The position numbers and the translations under genes were made by a program. A stretch of 64,000 bases of DNA from Phycisphaerales bacterium (GTDB taxonomy: Bacteria > Planctomycetota > Phycisphaerae > Phycisphaerales > UBA1924), in NCBI GenBank assembly GCA_019744815.1, contig JAIEUA010000016.1, positions 11,502-75,501 of the forward strand, read 5' to 3'. Below the pieces are notes generated by a model. It worked only from the letters and a program-made list of their open reading frames with translations, was not told the DNA's origin and made no database searches. Below, piece by piece: positions 48,082-56,822 of the stretch; positions within the stretch are counted from its first letter, which is position 1; the number at the start of each line of letters is the position of its first letter.

Positions 48082-49236
48082 ATGCCTCATCGGATACGCG
48101 TCGGTTTGATCATGGTGTGCGTCCCGCTGGTGGGTCTGCTCGGATGTCAGACGGCTCCGACGTCATTGGCCCCGTCCGCCGCCTTCAAGCGCACGCCCCT
48201 CCCCACCGATGCCGGCGTGCCCGTCAAGCAGTGGTACATGAACACCGAGGACGAGGTGGTGCACTACGTCGCCGAGTACGGCACAGAGACCAAGCCGGGG
48301 AACGTGGTCGTCGTGCTGCACGGCGGCTGGGGCGCTGAGCACAGCTACCTGCTCCCCGCCATCCGCCCGCTCGCAGACGAGTACAAGTTCGTGCTGTACG
48401 ACCAGCGTGGCTCGCTGCGGTCGCCGGTACGTCCGCCGGCCAAGATCACCTACGCCGCTCTGGTCGAAGACCTCGAACAGCTCCGCCAACGCCTCGGACT
48501 CGAGAAGATCACACTGATGGCCCACTCGATGGGCAACCACCTCGCCTACGGCTACCTGCGGGCCCATCCGGAGCGCGTCGCCGGTTTGGTCCTCGTCGGC
48601 GCGACCGTCCCCGCCCCGTTCGGGGAGCAGCGCCCCGCGTTCCTCTCCGACGTCTGGCCCGACTTCGCCGACGCTGACGCTGAGGCGATCGCCGCAAGGC
48701 AGAAGCACTTCGACGACGGCATTCTCAAGCGGACGCTGCGGATCGCCGCCGATGAGGGGATCATTCCCATCGAGGCCGCCTCGGCGACGCCCGAGACGGT
48801 CAAGAGCTTCGGGCTTCAGGAGATCATCAAGACCGATCAGCAAAAGACCGACTGGTGGCGGATTCAGTTCACCTGTGTCAATACACACAACGGTCGAAAC
48901 TGGCGCGAGATGCTCGGCGGTCAGGTCTTCTACAACGGAGAGGCCGGGCAGGCGGTGCTCGAAGATCCGGAGTATCAGGCCGCCACCCGCGACTTCTGGA
49001 GAGCCCTGCGGTCCTTCACCGGGCCGATTCGTGTGATCATCGGTACGGACGACTACGTGGACCTTGGTCCCACGATGTGGCCCCGTCTCGTCGCGCACCT
49101 CCCAACCGCGAAGCTCGACGCCATCCCCAACGCCGGGCATTCCATCTGGATGGATGAGCCGAAACGTTTCCGGCGATCGCTCCGTGCCGCCCTGGGCGCG
49201 ACGACAGCCCGAACCACCGAGCCGCGGCCGCGCTGA
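48082..49236 (+). CDS. Alpha/beta hydrolase lipoprotein (prolyl aminopeptidase-like)
   Basis: Lipobox LVGLLGC. VVLHGGWG, nucleophile elbow MAHSMGN, C-terminal NAGHSIWMDEP. AAGGAG precedes the ATG at 48082. Confidence 0.8.
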   Translation: MPHRIRVGLIMVCVPLVGLLGCQTAPTSLAPSAAFKRTPLPTDAGVPVKQWYMNTEDEVVHYVAEYGTETKPGNVVVVLHGGWGAEHSYLLPAIRPLADEYKFVLYDQRGSLRSPVRPPAKITYAALVEDLEQLRQRLGLEKITLMAHSMGNHLAYGYLRAHPERVAGLVLVGATVPAPFGEQRPAFLSDVWPDFADADAEAIAARQKHFDDGILKRTLRIAADEGIIPIEAASATPETVKSFGLQEIIKTDQQKTDWWRIQFTCVNTHNGRNWREMLGGQVFYNGEAGQAVLEDPEYQAATRDFWRALRSFTGPIRVIIGTDDYVDLGPTMWPRLVAHLPTAKLDAIPNAGHSIWMDEPKRFRRSLRAALGATTARTTEPRPR

Positions 49237-49336
49237 GTTGAAACTGGCCGAATCGCGCGAGCAGGGAACCACCCGAGGACGCTGGATGCAAGCGACCGCT
49301 TGCGGGGCGGCAGCACTGGGCAGATCCCAAAACGAC

Positions 49337-49368
49337 AACCCCCGAGTCTTGCGACCCGGGGGTTCTTC
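49337..49368 (+). terminator. Hairpin downstream of the hydrolase gene
   Basis: AACCCCCG / CGGGGGTT 8-bp stem with a 12-nt loop, followed by CTTC; the T-run is weak. Confidence 0.4.
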
Positions 49369-49521
49369 GAATAGAGGATGGATAGCGGGGATCGAACGGG
49401 GCTGCGCCGCTCACGCCGATATTCGCCTCTATCGGGAGGCGAGCGCGTCTCGCGGACCACTCCGCTCGGCCCGATGAGGCGAGTTGAGAATGCCACTTCT
49501 CGGCCTCTCGAAGGCCAACCG

Positions 49522-51048
49522 TCAGCCCCCCAGGCCGCTGTCGGGCTGCTTGTACCCCTCCGCCACGGCTCGCTCGAGTCGGTCAATTTCTTCATTGGTC
49601 AACAGCCGGAAGTGCGACTCCCGCTTCCGCTGGGACAACTTCCCGTTGTTCTGCAGACAGAATCGGATGAACAGGTCGATATCGCGATCGGGCATGTCGA
49701 CGATCGCCTGCACGGAGCGCTTTGTGTCGTCGTAGTTCGCCAGGAAGGCCAGCTCTTCGACGAGTTCCGTTTCGATGGTCTGCTCGACGAAGGTGAACAG
49801 GCTCTCGGCCTGCACGGTCATGTCCGGGTACCTGTACCAAACGCCGGGATCGTTGTGGACCGTCATGCGCCCCTGATCGTCGAGCGTGTATTCCACCAAC
49901 GCCAAGAGCGGGCGTGAGAAGGCCTCCAGCGACGCGTCATACGCTGCGGCCTGCTTGCGCATCGCCGCTGAAACTGGGAAGATCACCCCTTCCGGCACGA
50001 AACCTCTCCGACTGAGGATGTTGTGGATGAGGAGACGGTGGATGCGGCCATTGCCATCCTCGAACGGGTGAACGAACACGAAGCCGTATCCAACGATCGC
50101 CGCCTGGATAACTGGATGGACGGAGCCGCGCTCCATCCGTACGTGCGCCGAGATGATCCCCGCCATCAGGGCCGTGACGTGCTCGGGCTTCGGGCAGACG
50201 TAGTGCACGCGCTCCTTCCCGATGGAGACCGTCTCGCCGACGTAGTTTTGGCTGTCGCGGTAGTCGTCATCCTTGAACCGAGGGTCCACGATCTGATTCT
50301 GGAGATCGATCAGCCGCGGCTTGGTGCACAGGTCCTCTTTTAGAGCGACTCGCAGAAGAGCGATGAATCGCTCGGTTCTGTTCGCGTCCGGTTTGATGTT
50401 CTCGATCTCGAAGGACGACTTTGTCTCCTTCGTGTACAGGTAGCTCAGTGCTCGTCGGAGGAGTTCGGGAGAGTACGACGAGATCAGCGTTCTGCACCGG
50501 GCGGAAAGATCCCGTGCGATGAATGCCGAAATGGTCTCCGTTTTCCGAATCGTCGGACAGAAGCTCGCGTCGCCGAGCAGATTGTTGTTGACACGCTGGC
50601 GTCGAATCGGCTCCGCGCGATCGAACGTGAAGTGCTCCTCGCTCTCCAGGAGATCCACGTAGTTTCCCTGCGTCAGGTCGGCAAGCGGGAGACGATCGCC
50701 GGTCAGCATCTCGTAGAAGTACCAGATGCGGCGGGCGTATTTCCCGTTCGGCTTCGAGTTGATGTATCTGGCGATCTCGTTCGCCCCGATCGCCGGCAGA
50801 AGGACCGCCAGGATGCCAAGGTTCATTCCGTCGTACTTCAGGGCGAACTCGAGGTGGTCTCCTGGACTCTCACCCGGCCAGTACGCAGCCGGGTATGTCT
50901 CGACGACCTCGCCCGCTGATGAATCGGTTCGTCGGGTACTACCCTCAGAAATGACGGACCGATGCCAGTTTGGCATCGCGCGGATCGCATATCGATCGAG
51001 CAGCGCGGTGTAGCCTGCGGGCCGGGTTGTCGCCTTTGGCTGGTCCAT
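49522..51048 (-). CDS. Fic/DOC family protein (508 aa) with internal inhibitory-helix motif
   Basis: Fido core HPFEDGNGRIHRLLIH (HxFx[DE]GNGRxxR). Upstream SSFEIEN fits the [ST]xxxE[GN] alpha-inh motif. GAGGAG precedes the ATG. Lower GC than the flanks. Confidence 0.85.
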   Translation of the reverse strand: MDQPKATTRPAGYTALLDRYAIRAMPNWHRSVISEGSTRRTDSSAGEVVETYPAAYWPGESPGDHLEFALKYDGMNLGILAVLLPAIGANEIARYINSKPNGKYARRIWYFYEMLTGDRLPLADLTQGNYVDLLESEEHFTFDRAEPIRRQRVNNNLLGDASFCPTIRKTETISAFIARDLSARCRTLISSYSPELLRRALSYLYTKETKSSFEIENIKPDANRTERFIALLRVALKEDLCTKPRLIDLQNQIVDPRFKDDDYRDSQNYVGETVSIGKERVHYVCPKPEHVTALMAGIISAHVRMERGSVHPVIQAAIVGYGFVFVHPFEDGNGRIHRLLIHNILSRRGFVPEGVIFPVSAAMRKQAAAYDASLEAFSRPLLALVEYTLDDQGRMTVHNDPGVWYRYPDMTVQAESLFTFVEQTIETELVEELAFLANYDDTKRSVQAIVDMPDRDIDLFIRFCLQNNGKLSQRKRESHFRLLTNEEIDRLERAVAEGYKQPDSGLGG

Positions 51049-51059
51049 TGCTGACTCCT

Positions 51060-51186
51060 CAAAACGGATACGACGACGCCAAAATCGTTATGGAAGGCCA
51101 TTGTACCACCAAAACGGTTACGGAAGCGGATCAAACTCGGTATGTTTGGATTGTGGACGGATTTTTCGTCCCAAAACTGGTACAGA
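51060..51186. promoter_or_regulatory. Phased direct repeats (CAAAAC-GGTTAYGGAA-like) in the fic/jetA divergent control region
   Basis: Copies at 51060 (CAAAACGGATACGA), 51080 (CAAAATCGTTATGGAA), 51110 (CAAAACGGTTACGGAA), 51132 (CAAACTCGGTATG) and 51172 (CAAAACTGGTACAGA). Spacings are 20, 30, 22 and 40 bp. Confidence 0.5.
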
Positions 51187-51351
51187 GCACACGGCCTTCG
51201 ACACGAACGGACACTCGCAGCCGGATTTGCTCGCCAGAGCACCGGACAGGCATGGTCTGAAGCCGCCACGCGATCTCCATCGGAGCGCTGCCCGCAGATG
51301 CCGTGGCAACTACCCTATTCCCGTGGAAACCAGAGCGATCGGAAAGCCGCC

Positions 51352-52821
51352 ATGCGCCTTGACCTGCTTCTCGCATATTTTGGCACGTCGCCAGCGCTGA
51401 AGTTGCTGCGGGCACAACACGCGCCGTTCGTGATTGACTTTCTCCACCGGCAATTCAAGGCACCAGGCCGCATCTCGCTACCCGCGTCTGATCTTGTAAG
51501 CGCTTTGAACGACTACCGGGAGTCCGTGCAAACAACCCATCCGGACGCCTTGCGCGACAAACCCGAGCACTACCTGTCCGCTTGGTGTAGTGGGGAAACA
51601 CGCTGGCTGCACCGCTCCGTCGAAGGGGGCCGGAACGAGCCGGTGTTTCAGTTGACGCCGCACACAGAGGACGTGTTCATATTCCTCGACCGCGCGCTCC
51701 AGAAAGACCTGGGGTTCGTCGGCACCGAGTCCCGCCTGCGCGTCGTGATCAGCACTCTGGCCGATCTCGTCGCCGGTGCCTCGCACGATCCCGAAGTTCG
51801 CTTGGCGCATCTCCGAGAGGAACGCACAAGGATCGATGATGAGATCGGACAGATCCTGAGAGATGGCGGGGTCGAGGCGCGGTATGAACCGGCAGCGGTG
51901 CGAGAGCGGTTCGCCACCGCTGTTGGACTGCTCAAGGAACTGCTCTCGGATTTCCGCGCCGTTGAAGACCGCTTCAAGGAGATCACCCGCCAGGTACAGC
52001 GGCGGCAACTTGATGGAAAGGACTCCCGAGGCGAGATTCTTCAGTTCGCGCTCGACGCAGAGGATGTTCTGAAGCAGGACGATCAGGGCGTGAGTTTCTA
52101 CGAGTTTGTGCGCTTCATTCTCTCGCCCACCCAACAGGAAAAGCTCCAGACGATCATCGCCGAACTCGGGAGGATCGACGAACTTTCGCAGCAATCCGAC
52201 GGGCTCGCCACGGTGCGCCGAATGGTGCCGTCACTGATCGCGGACGCCGAAAAGGTGATGCGGACCAATCAACGTCTCTCTGCCACGCTGCGTCGACTGC
52301 TGGATGTCCGGACCGCGTCGGATCGGCGTCGAGTAACCCAACTACTCGCGGACATCCGGGGTCTCGGTGCCGCCCTTGCCGATGCGCCCCCCGCGGCGAT
52401 CAGCGCCACGGTGGATGTTGGCGTCCATGTGGCATTCCCGTTCTCGCGGACGTTCTGGAGCCCTCCCGCCGAGTTTGCGAAGATGGACCTTTCGGAGGGA
52501 CAGGTTGACGATGCACGGCGTGTCGAGTTGTTCAGGATGCTCGCCCAACTCCATCGCCTCGACTGGGCAGCGATGCGACAACGCATTCGTGCCCTTACAT
52601 CCCGCACCGGCAGGTCCATGACCCTTTCCGAGGTGGTGCGGGAGTTTCCACCGGAAGCAGGCATTGTCGAGCTCTTGGGATACATACAGATCGCCAAAGA
52701 TGACGGACACATCATCAGCCGTGAACGGTCCGAGGACATCCAGGTCGACGGGGCCGTCTCTCGCCGCGTCACCGTCCCGCTGATTGTGTTTCTCCCTCCC
52801 CAGGAGACCGCGAATGCCTAA
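51352..52821 (+). CDS. jetA: Wadjet system protein JetA (DUF3375, MksF-like kleisin)
   Basis: MRLDLLLAYFGTSPALKLLRAQHAPFVIDFLHRQF... and FVGTESRLRVV resemble DUF3375. First gene of a four-gene overlapping operon. Confidence 0.75.
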   Translation: MRLDLLLAYFGTSPALKLLRAQHAPFVIDFLHRQFKAPGRISLPASDLVSALNDYRESVQTTHPDALRDKPEHYLSAWCSGETRWLHRSVEGGRNEPVFQLTPHTEDVFIFLDRALQKDLGFVGTESRLRVVISTLADLVAGASHDPEVRLAHLREERTRIDDEIGQILRDGGVEARYEPAAVRERFATAVGLLKELLSDFRAVEDRFKEITRQVQRRQLDGKDSRGEILQFALDAEDVLKQDDQGVSFYEFVRFILSPTQQEKLQTIIAELGRIDELSQQSDGLATVRRMVPSLIADAEKVMRTNQRLSATLRRLLDVRTASDRRRVTQLLADIRGLGAALADAPPAAISATVDVGVHVAFPFSRTFWSPPAEFAKMDLSEGQVDDARRVELFRMLAQLHRLDWAAMRQRIRALTSRTGRSMTLSEVVREFPPEAGIVELLGYIQIAKDDGHIISRERSEDIQVDGAVSRRVTVPLIVFLPPQETANA

Positions 52822-53434
52822 CCCCTCTTCATCTCCGATCCCCGAGTTCCGCGAATGGAGCATCGCGGCAGTTCGATTGCTGCAGGGGGTCATCTACGCG
52901 GACGAAGACCGGGTGTGGAACATTTTGCTGTCCAATCGGTCGCAGATTGAGACCTTTTTGGCCCGCTTGGGTCTCACGCTCGTCGTCGACGAAGCGGAGG
53001 GATACGCATACGTGCGTCAATGGGGAGAAGACGAATGCCCGAGTGGGTACGAGCAGCTGCCGAAGCTGGTTCGTCGCAGCCAACTCGGATATGCGCCCAC
53101 GATGCTCGCCGTGCTGTTTCGGGACGAGCTCCGGCGGTTCGAAGAAGATGATCTTCACAACGAACGATGCGTTGTCGAGATCGACGCCATCTTCGACCAA
53201 TGGAAGGGGTTCTTTCCCGCCCAATACGACGAAGTGCGTCAGCGCAAGGAGTTCAGCGCCGCCCTGCACAAACTCGATGACCTGGGGTTCGTGCGAAAGT
53301 TCGCCGACAATCCCGAAGCGTGGGAAGTCCGCCGCATTCTGAAGGCGAAACTCCCCGCGTCCGAGCTCGAAACGCTGAAACAACAGTTGGCAGCAGCCGC
53401 GGCGGCTCGCACGCAGGGGGATTCTGATGCATGA
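52814..53434 (+). CDS. jetB: Wadjet system protein JetB (DUF4194, MksE-like)
   Basis: AVRLLQGVIYADEDRVWNILL...LGLTLVVDEAEGYAYVRQ...LGFVRKF...WEVRRILKA matches the DUF4194 pattern. 8-nt overlap with jetA; GGAG upstream. Confidence 0.75.
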   Translation: MPNPSSSPIPEFREWSIAAVRLLQGVIYADEDRVWNILLSNRSQIETFLARLGLTLVVDEAEGYAYVRQWGEDECPSGYEQLPKLVRRSQLGYAPTMLAVLFRDELRRFEEDDLHNERCVVEIDAIFDQWKGFFPAQYDEVRQRKEFSAALHKLDDLGFVRKFADNPEAWEVRRILKAKLPASELETLKQQLAAAAAARTQGDSDA

Positions 53435-56400
53435 TGCTCCGCGACTAACACCCGGCTACCGGCTCCAAAAGCTCGAAGTTTCCAACTGGGGAACGTTCGA
53501 CAGCAGCCGTGGCACGGTGCATGTGGTCAAGCCCTGCGGCGCTACCACGCTCCTGATCGGCCAGAATGGTTCGGGCAAGTCCACTCTGGTGGATGCCCTG
53601 TTGACCCTGTTCGTGCGTCCGGTTGTTCGCAACTACAACGTCGCCGCCGGTGCTCAGAAGACCGAGCGTGATGAGCGGACCTACATCAAGGGGGCGTTCG
53701 ACCGGCGAAGCCGTGACGAAGACAATCGGGCGGAGGTCCAGTTCCTCCGACCCGATGGACGGCACTACTCGACCTTGCTGGCGACCTTCAAGAACGATCG
53801 CGGCGAGGCCTTTACTGTCGCGCAGGTTCTGTACCTTGGCGGTGACGGAGGTGCCGAGAAGGTCTACGCCTTCGCGCAGGGCGAGAAGTCGATCGCCGAG
53901 CACTGTGCCAACCTTGCCACCACTGAGCGGGTGCGCCAGCAGATGGAGAAGCGCGGTTTCCGCGCCACCGACAAGTACAACGAGTATCACGGCTGGGTTG
54001 CCAAGTTCACAGGCATGCAGCCAAAGGCGATGGATGTGTTCAACCAGACCGTCGCGGTCAAGGACATCCAGAGTCTGAACAAGTTCATCCGTGAGCACAT
54101 GCTCGAGCCGAAGCCGTGGATGGAGAAGATCGAGACGCTGCAGGCGCACTTCACCCAGCTCACGGAAGCCTATCAAAGCCTGGTGCGCGTCCGTCGGCAG
54201 TTCGAACTGCTCACGCCGATTGCGGCGAAGGGCGCAACCTTCACGGCGCAATCGGACGCGTTGCGACTCGCTCAAGCCATGTGCGGTGCCGCAGGTCCGT
54301 ACTTTCGGGCGATGACGATCGAGCTTCTCGGGCCGGCGGCAGAGTTCCTTAAGAAGGAACTCTCGGCGCTCGTGGTCACCAGGGATCGTCTCGATACGGA
54401 GTTGCGGGACGCGGCCGACGAAGAGCGGCAGTTGAAGAATGAGATCGAGAACGCCGGGGGCGAGAGGCTTCGTCAGATTCCGTTGCTTATTAAGCAGCAC
54501 GAGACCGAGAGCGCCAACCGGCGAGAACGCAGCGTTCGTTTCATGGCTGCGCTGGCCACGACGGGGGTCGCCGCGGATGTGACGGACGACGCCTCGCTGC
54601 GCGAGCTGCACCAACGTCTGCCGGAGTTCATCAAGGTCTTGAGCACTCGCGAGGAAGCGCTCCGGCGTGAACATCAGGATGTCGTGCTCGATCGCGGCGA
54701 TGCGCACCGCGAACTCAGCGAGAGCAAGCGGGAGCTCGAGGCGCTCGGCACCCGCCACACGAAGCTCCCGGAGCGTCATGTGGAGATTCGCCGGCAACTC
54801 TGCGAAGCGCTGCGGCTGCCGGACAGCGAACTCCCGTTCGCGGCGGAGCTCATCACCATCCCGACGGAGGAGAAGAGCTGGGAGGCCTCGATCGAGCTAT
54901 TGCTCCGATCCTTTGCGCTCAGTTTGCTGGTGCCACAGAAGCACTACGCCGTTGTCAGTGCCCACATCGACCGGAACCGGGTCCGTGATGGCCGCGGCGT
55001 CGGTCAGAAGCTCGTGTATCTCCGCGTCGGTGGGCGTACTGCGCCACAATCACGCCCTGTCGCCCATTCTCAGTCGTTGCTCCGCAAGGTCAAAGTCAAG
55101 GACGGGCACGGCCTTGCGCCCTGGGTGAAGGGGGAGTTGGAGGAACGGTTCGACTACCTCTGCTGCGACACCATCGAGCAGTTTCAGGCTGCTCACGATA
55201 TGGCCCTTACCCGTGAGCGCCACATCAAGGGAAGGGGCACGCGACACGAGAAAGACGACCGGGATCGCGCGATCGATCCACGCGAGTTCGTTCTAGGGTG
55301 GGACAATCGCGAGAAGCGGAAGGCGCTCGCCGAGAACGTCCGGCAGCTCGAAGCCGAACTGTCCACGATGGATGCCCGGCTGAATAAGTTGAATGCAGAG
55401 ATCACGGGACTTGACGCTCAGCGCCGCTCGGCGGACGTGCTGCGAGAGACCGCGGTGTACTCCTTGATTGACTTCGCGTCGGAACAAGTCGCCATCGCGG
55501 CACTGCGGGAGGAGAAGCGCGCGCTTGAGGAATCGAGCGATGCGTTGAAAACGCTGAAGCGTCGCATCTCCGAAGTCGAGGCAACTCGGCAGCGTCTCAG
55601 CGGCGAGCGCGACGATGCTATCCGGCAGCACGAGCGTGCCTCGCAGGATTTGCGCTTTGCGGAACGCCAGATTTCGGACGCCACCCAGGCCATCTCGACG
55701 CTCCGGAAGACGGGCGAATGGTCGCGGCACGAGGAGCTGTTCCCCGAACTTTCCAAGCTCTTTGAAGGGGAGCCCCTGACTGTACACAACGTCACGCAGA
55801 GGGAGGCAGGCTTCCTTGCTGACCGGCATGCCGAAGTCGAACGTCTGAAGAAGGAGCTGGAGCCACTGGAGCGTGAGATCTGCAAACTCATGAATCAGTA
55901 TCTCCGAGACTTTGCAGATCAGCAGGCCGATCTGGACGCATCCATCGAGTACCTGGGGAGCTTCTGTGCCGCGTGCGAGCATATCCGGCGCGAAGACCTG
56001 CCCCGGCACGAAAACCGCTTCAAGGAACGGCTCAACGAGAAGGTCACGCAAGAGATCGGCATTCTCAACGGCGCCTTCCAAACCGAGAAGCAGGAGATCG
56101 AACAGAAGATCGAGATCCTCAACCGCTCGCTCAGGCAACTGGAGTACAGGCCAGGGACGTACATGAAGCTCGAGCCGCGGGCGGTCCGAGACGTGGAGAT
56201 CCAGCAGTTTCAGTCCAGCCTGCGCGAGTGTCTCGCCGATTCGTTTGAGGGAACGCTCGCAGCGGATGAGGCGCGCTATGTCCGGATTGCCAAGCTCATC
56301 GAAAAGCTCCGCGAGGAACAGCGCTGGCGAGAGAAGGTCACCGATGTCAGGCGATGGTTTGACTTTGCCGCACGAGAGCTTGACGCTGAGTCGGGCGCGG

Positions 56401-56822
56401 AGCGGGGCTACTACGAGGACAGCACCGGCCAATCTGGGGGAGAGAAGGCCAAACTTGCGTTCACCATCCTGGTCGCAGCGATCGCGTACCAATACGACAT
56501 CGACCCGAGCCGGCCCAGCAGCGATCGCTTCCACTTTGTGGTGGTCGACGAGATGTTTTCAAAGGTCGACGACCGCTATGCCGAGTACGCCCTGTCGCTC
56601 TTCCGGCAGTTCGGGCTTCAGCTGTTGATCGTGGCCCCTTTGGACGCCAAGGCCCGGGTCACCGAGCCATACGTGGAGTGCTATCTCCACGTCGTCAAGG
56701 ACTCCAAGACGCACCAATCGGAGATCTTCAGCATGACGGCGAGAGAGTTTGAGGACACCGTGTTGGGTCGACCCGCGGTGGTGACAGTTTCCCCAGCATC
56801 GGCGGCAAGCGTGACTCGATGA
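53427..56822 (+). CDS. jetC: Wadjet system SMC-like ATPase JetC (MksB-like)
   Basis: 1131 aa. N-terminal LEVSNWGTFD and Walker A GQNGSGKST, long coiled-coil middle, C-terminal SGGEKAKLAF and Walker B FHFVVVDEMFSKVD. 8-nt overlap with jetB. Confidence 0.85.
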   Translation: MHDAPRLTPGYRLQKLEVSNWGTFDSSRGTVHVVKPCGATTLLIGQNGSGKSTLVDALLTLFVRPVVRNYNVAAGAQKTERDERTYIKGAFDRRSRDEDNRAEVQFLRPDGRHYSTLLATFKNDRGEAFTVAQVLYLGGDGGAEKVYAFAQGEKSIAEHCANLATTERVRQQMEKRGFRATDKYNEYHGWVAKFTGMQPKAMDVFNQTVAVKDIQSLNKFIREHMLEPKPWMEKIETLQAHFTQLTEAYQSLVRVRRQFELLTPIAAKGATFTAQSDALRLAQAMCGAAGPYFRAMTIELLGPAAEFLKKELSALVVTRDRLDTELRDAADEERQLKNEIENAGGERLRQIPLLIKQHETESANRRERSVRFMAALATTGVAADVTDDASLRELHQRLPEFIKVLSTREEALRREHQDVVLDRGDAHRELSESKRELEALGTRHTKLPERHVEIRRQLCEALRLPDSELPFAAELITIPTEEKSWEASIELLLRSFALSLLVPQKHYAVVSAHIDRNRVRDGRGVGQKLVYLRVGGRTAPQSRPVAHSQSLLRKVKVKDGHGLAPWVKGELEERFDYLCCDTIEQFQAAHDMALTRERHIKGRGTRHEKDDRDRAIDPREFVLGWDNREKRKALAENVRQLEAELSTMDARLNKLNAEITGLDAQRRSADVLRETAVYSLIDFASEQVAIAALREEKRALEESSDALKTLKRRISEVEATRQRLSGERDDAIRQHERASQDLRFAERQISDATQAISTLRKTGEWSRHEELFPELSKLFEGEPLTVHNVTQREAGFLADRHAEVERLKKELEPLEREICKLMNQYLRDFADQQADLDASIEYLGSFCAACEHIRREDLPRHENRFKERLNEKVTQEIGILNGAFQTEKQEIEQKIEILNRSLRQLEYRPGTYMKLEPRAVRDVEIQQFQSSLRECLADSFEGTLAADEARYVRIAKLIEKLREEQRWREKVTDVRRWFDFAARELDAESGAERGYYEDSTGQSGGEKAKLAFTILVAAIAYQYDIDPSRPSSDRFHFVVVDEMFSKVDDRYAEYALSLFRQFGLQLLIVAPLDAKARVTEPYVECYLHVVKDSKTHQSEIFSMTAREFEDTVLGRPAVVTVSPASAASVTR

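Noticed and set aside
49381-49470. Intact tRNA (Ser/Leu-like) on the minus strand
   Set aside because: The T-stem halves (CCCCG / CCCGC) are not complementary. The putative anticodon hairpin can only form 6- or 8-nt loops. No 5' acceptor strand complementary to GCTATCC is present. It is kept only as a possible decayed remnant in the findings.
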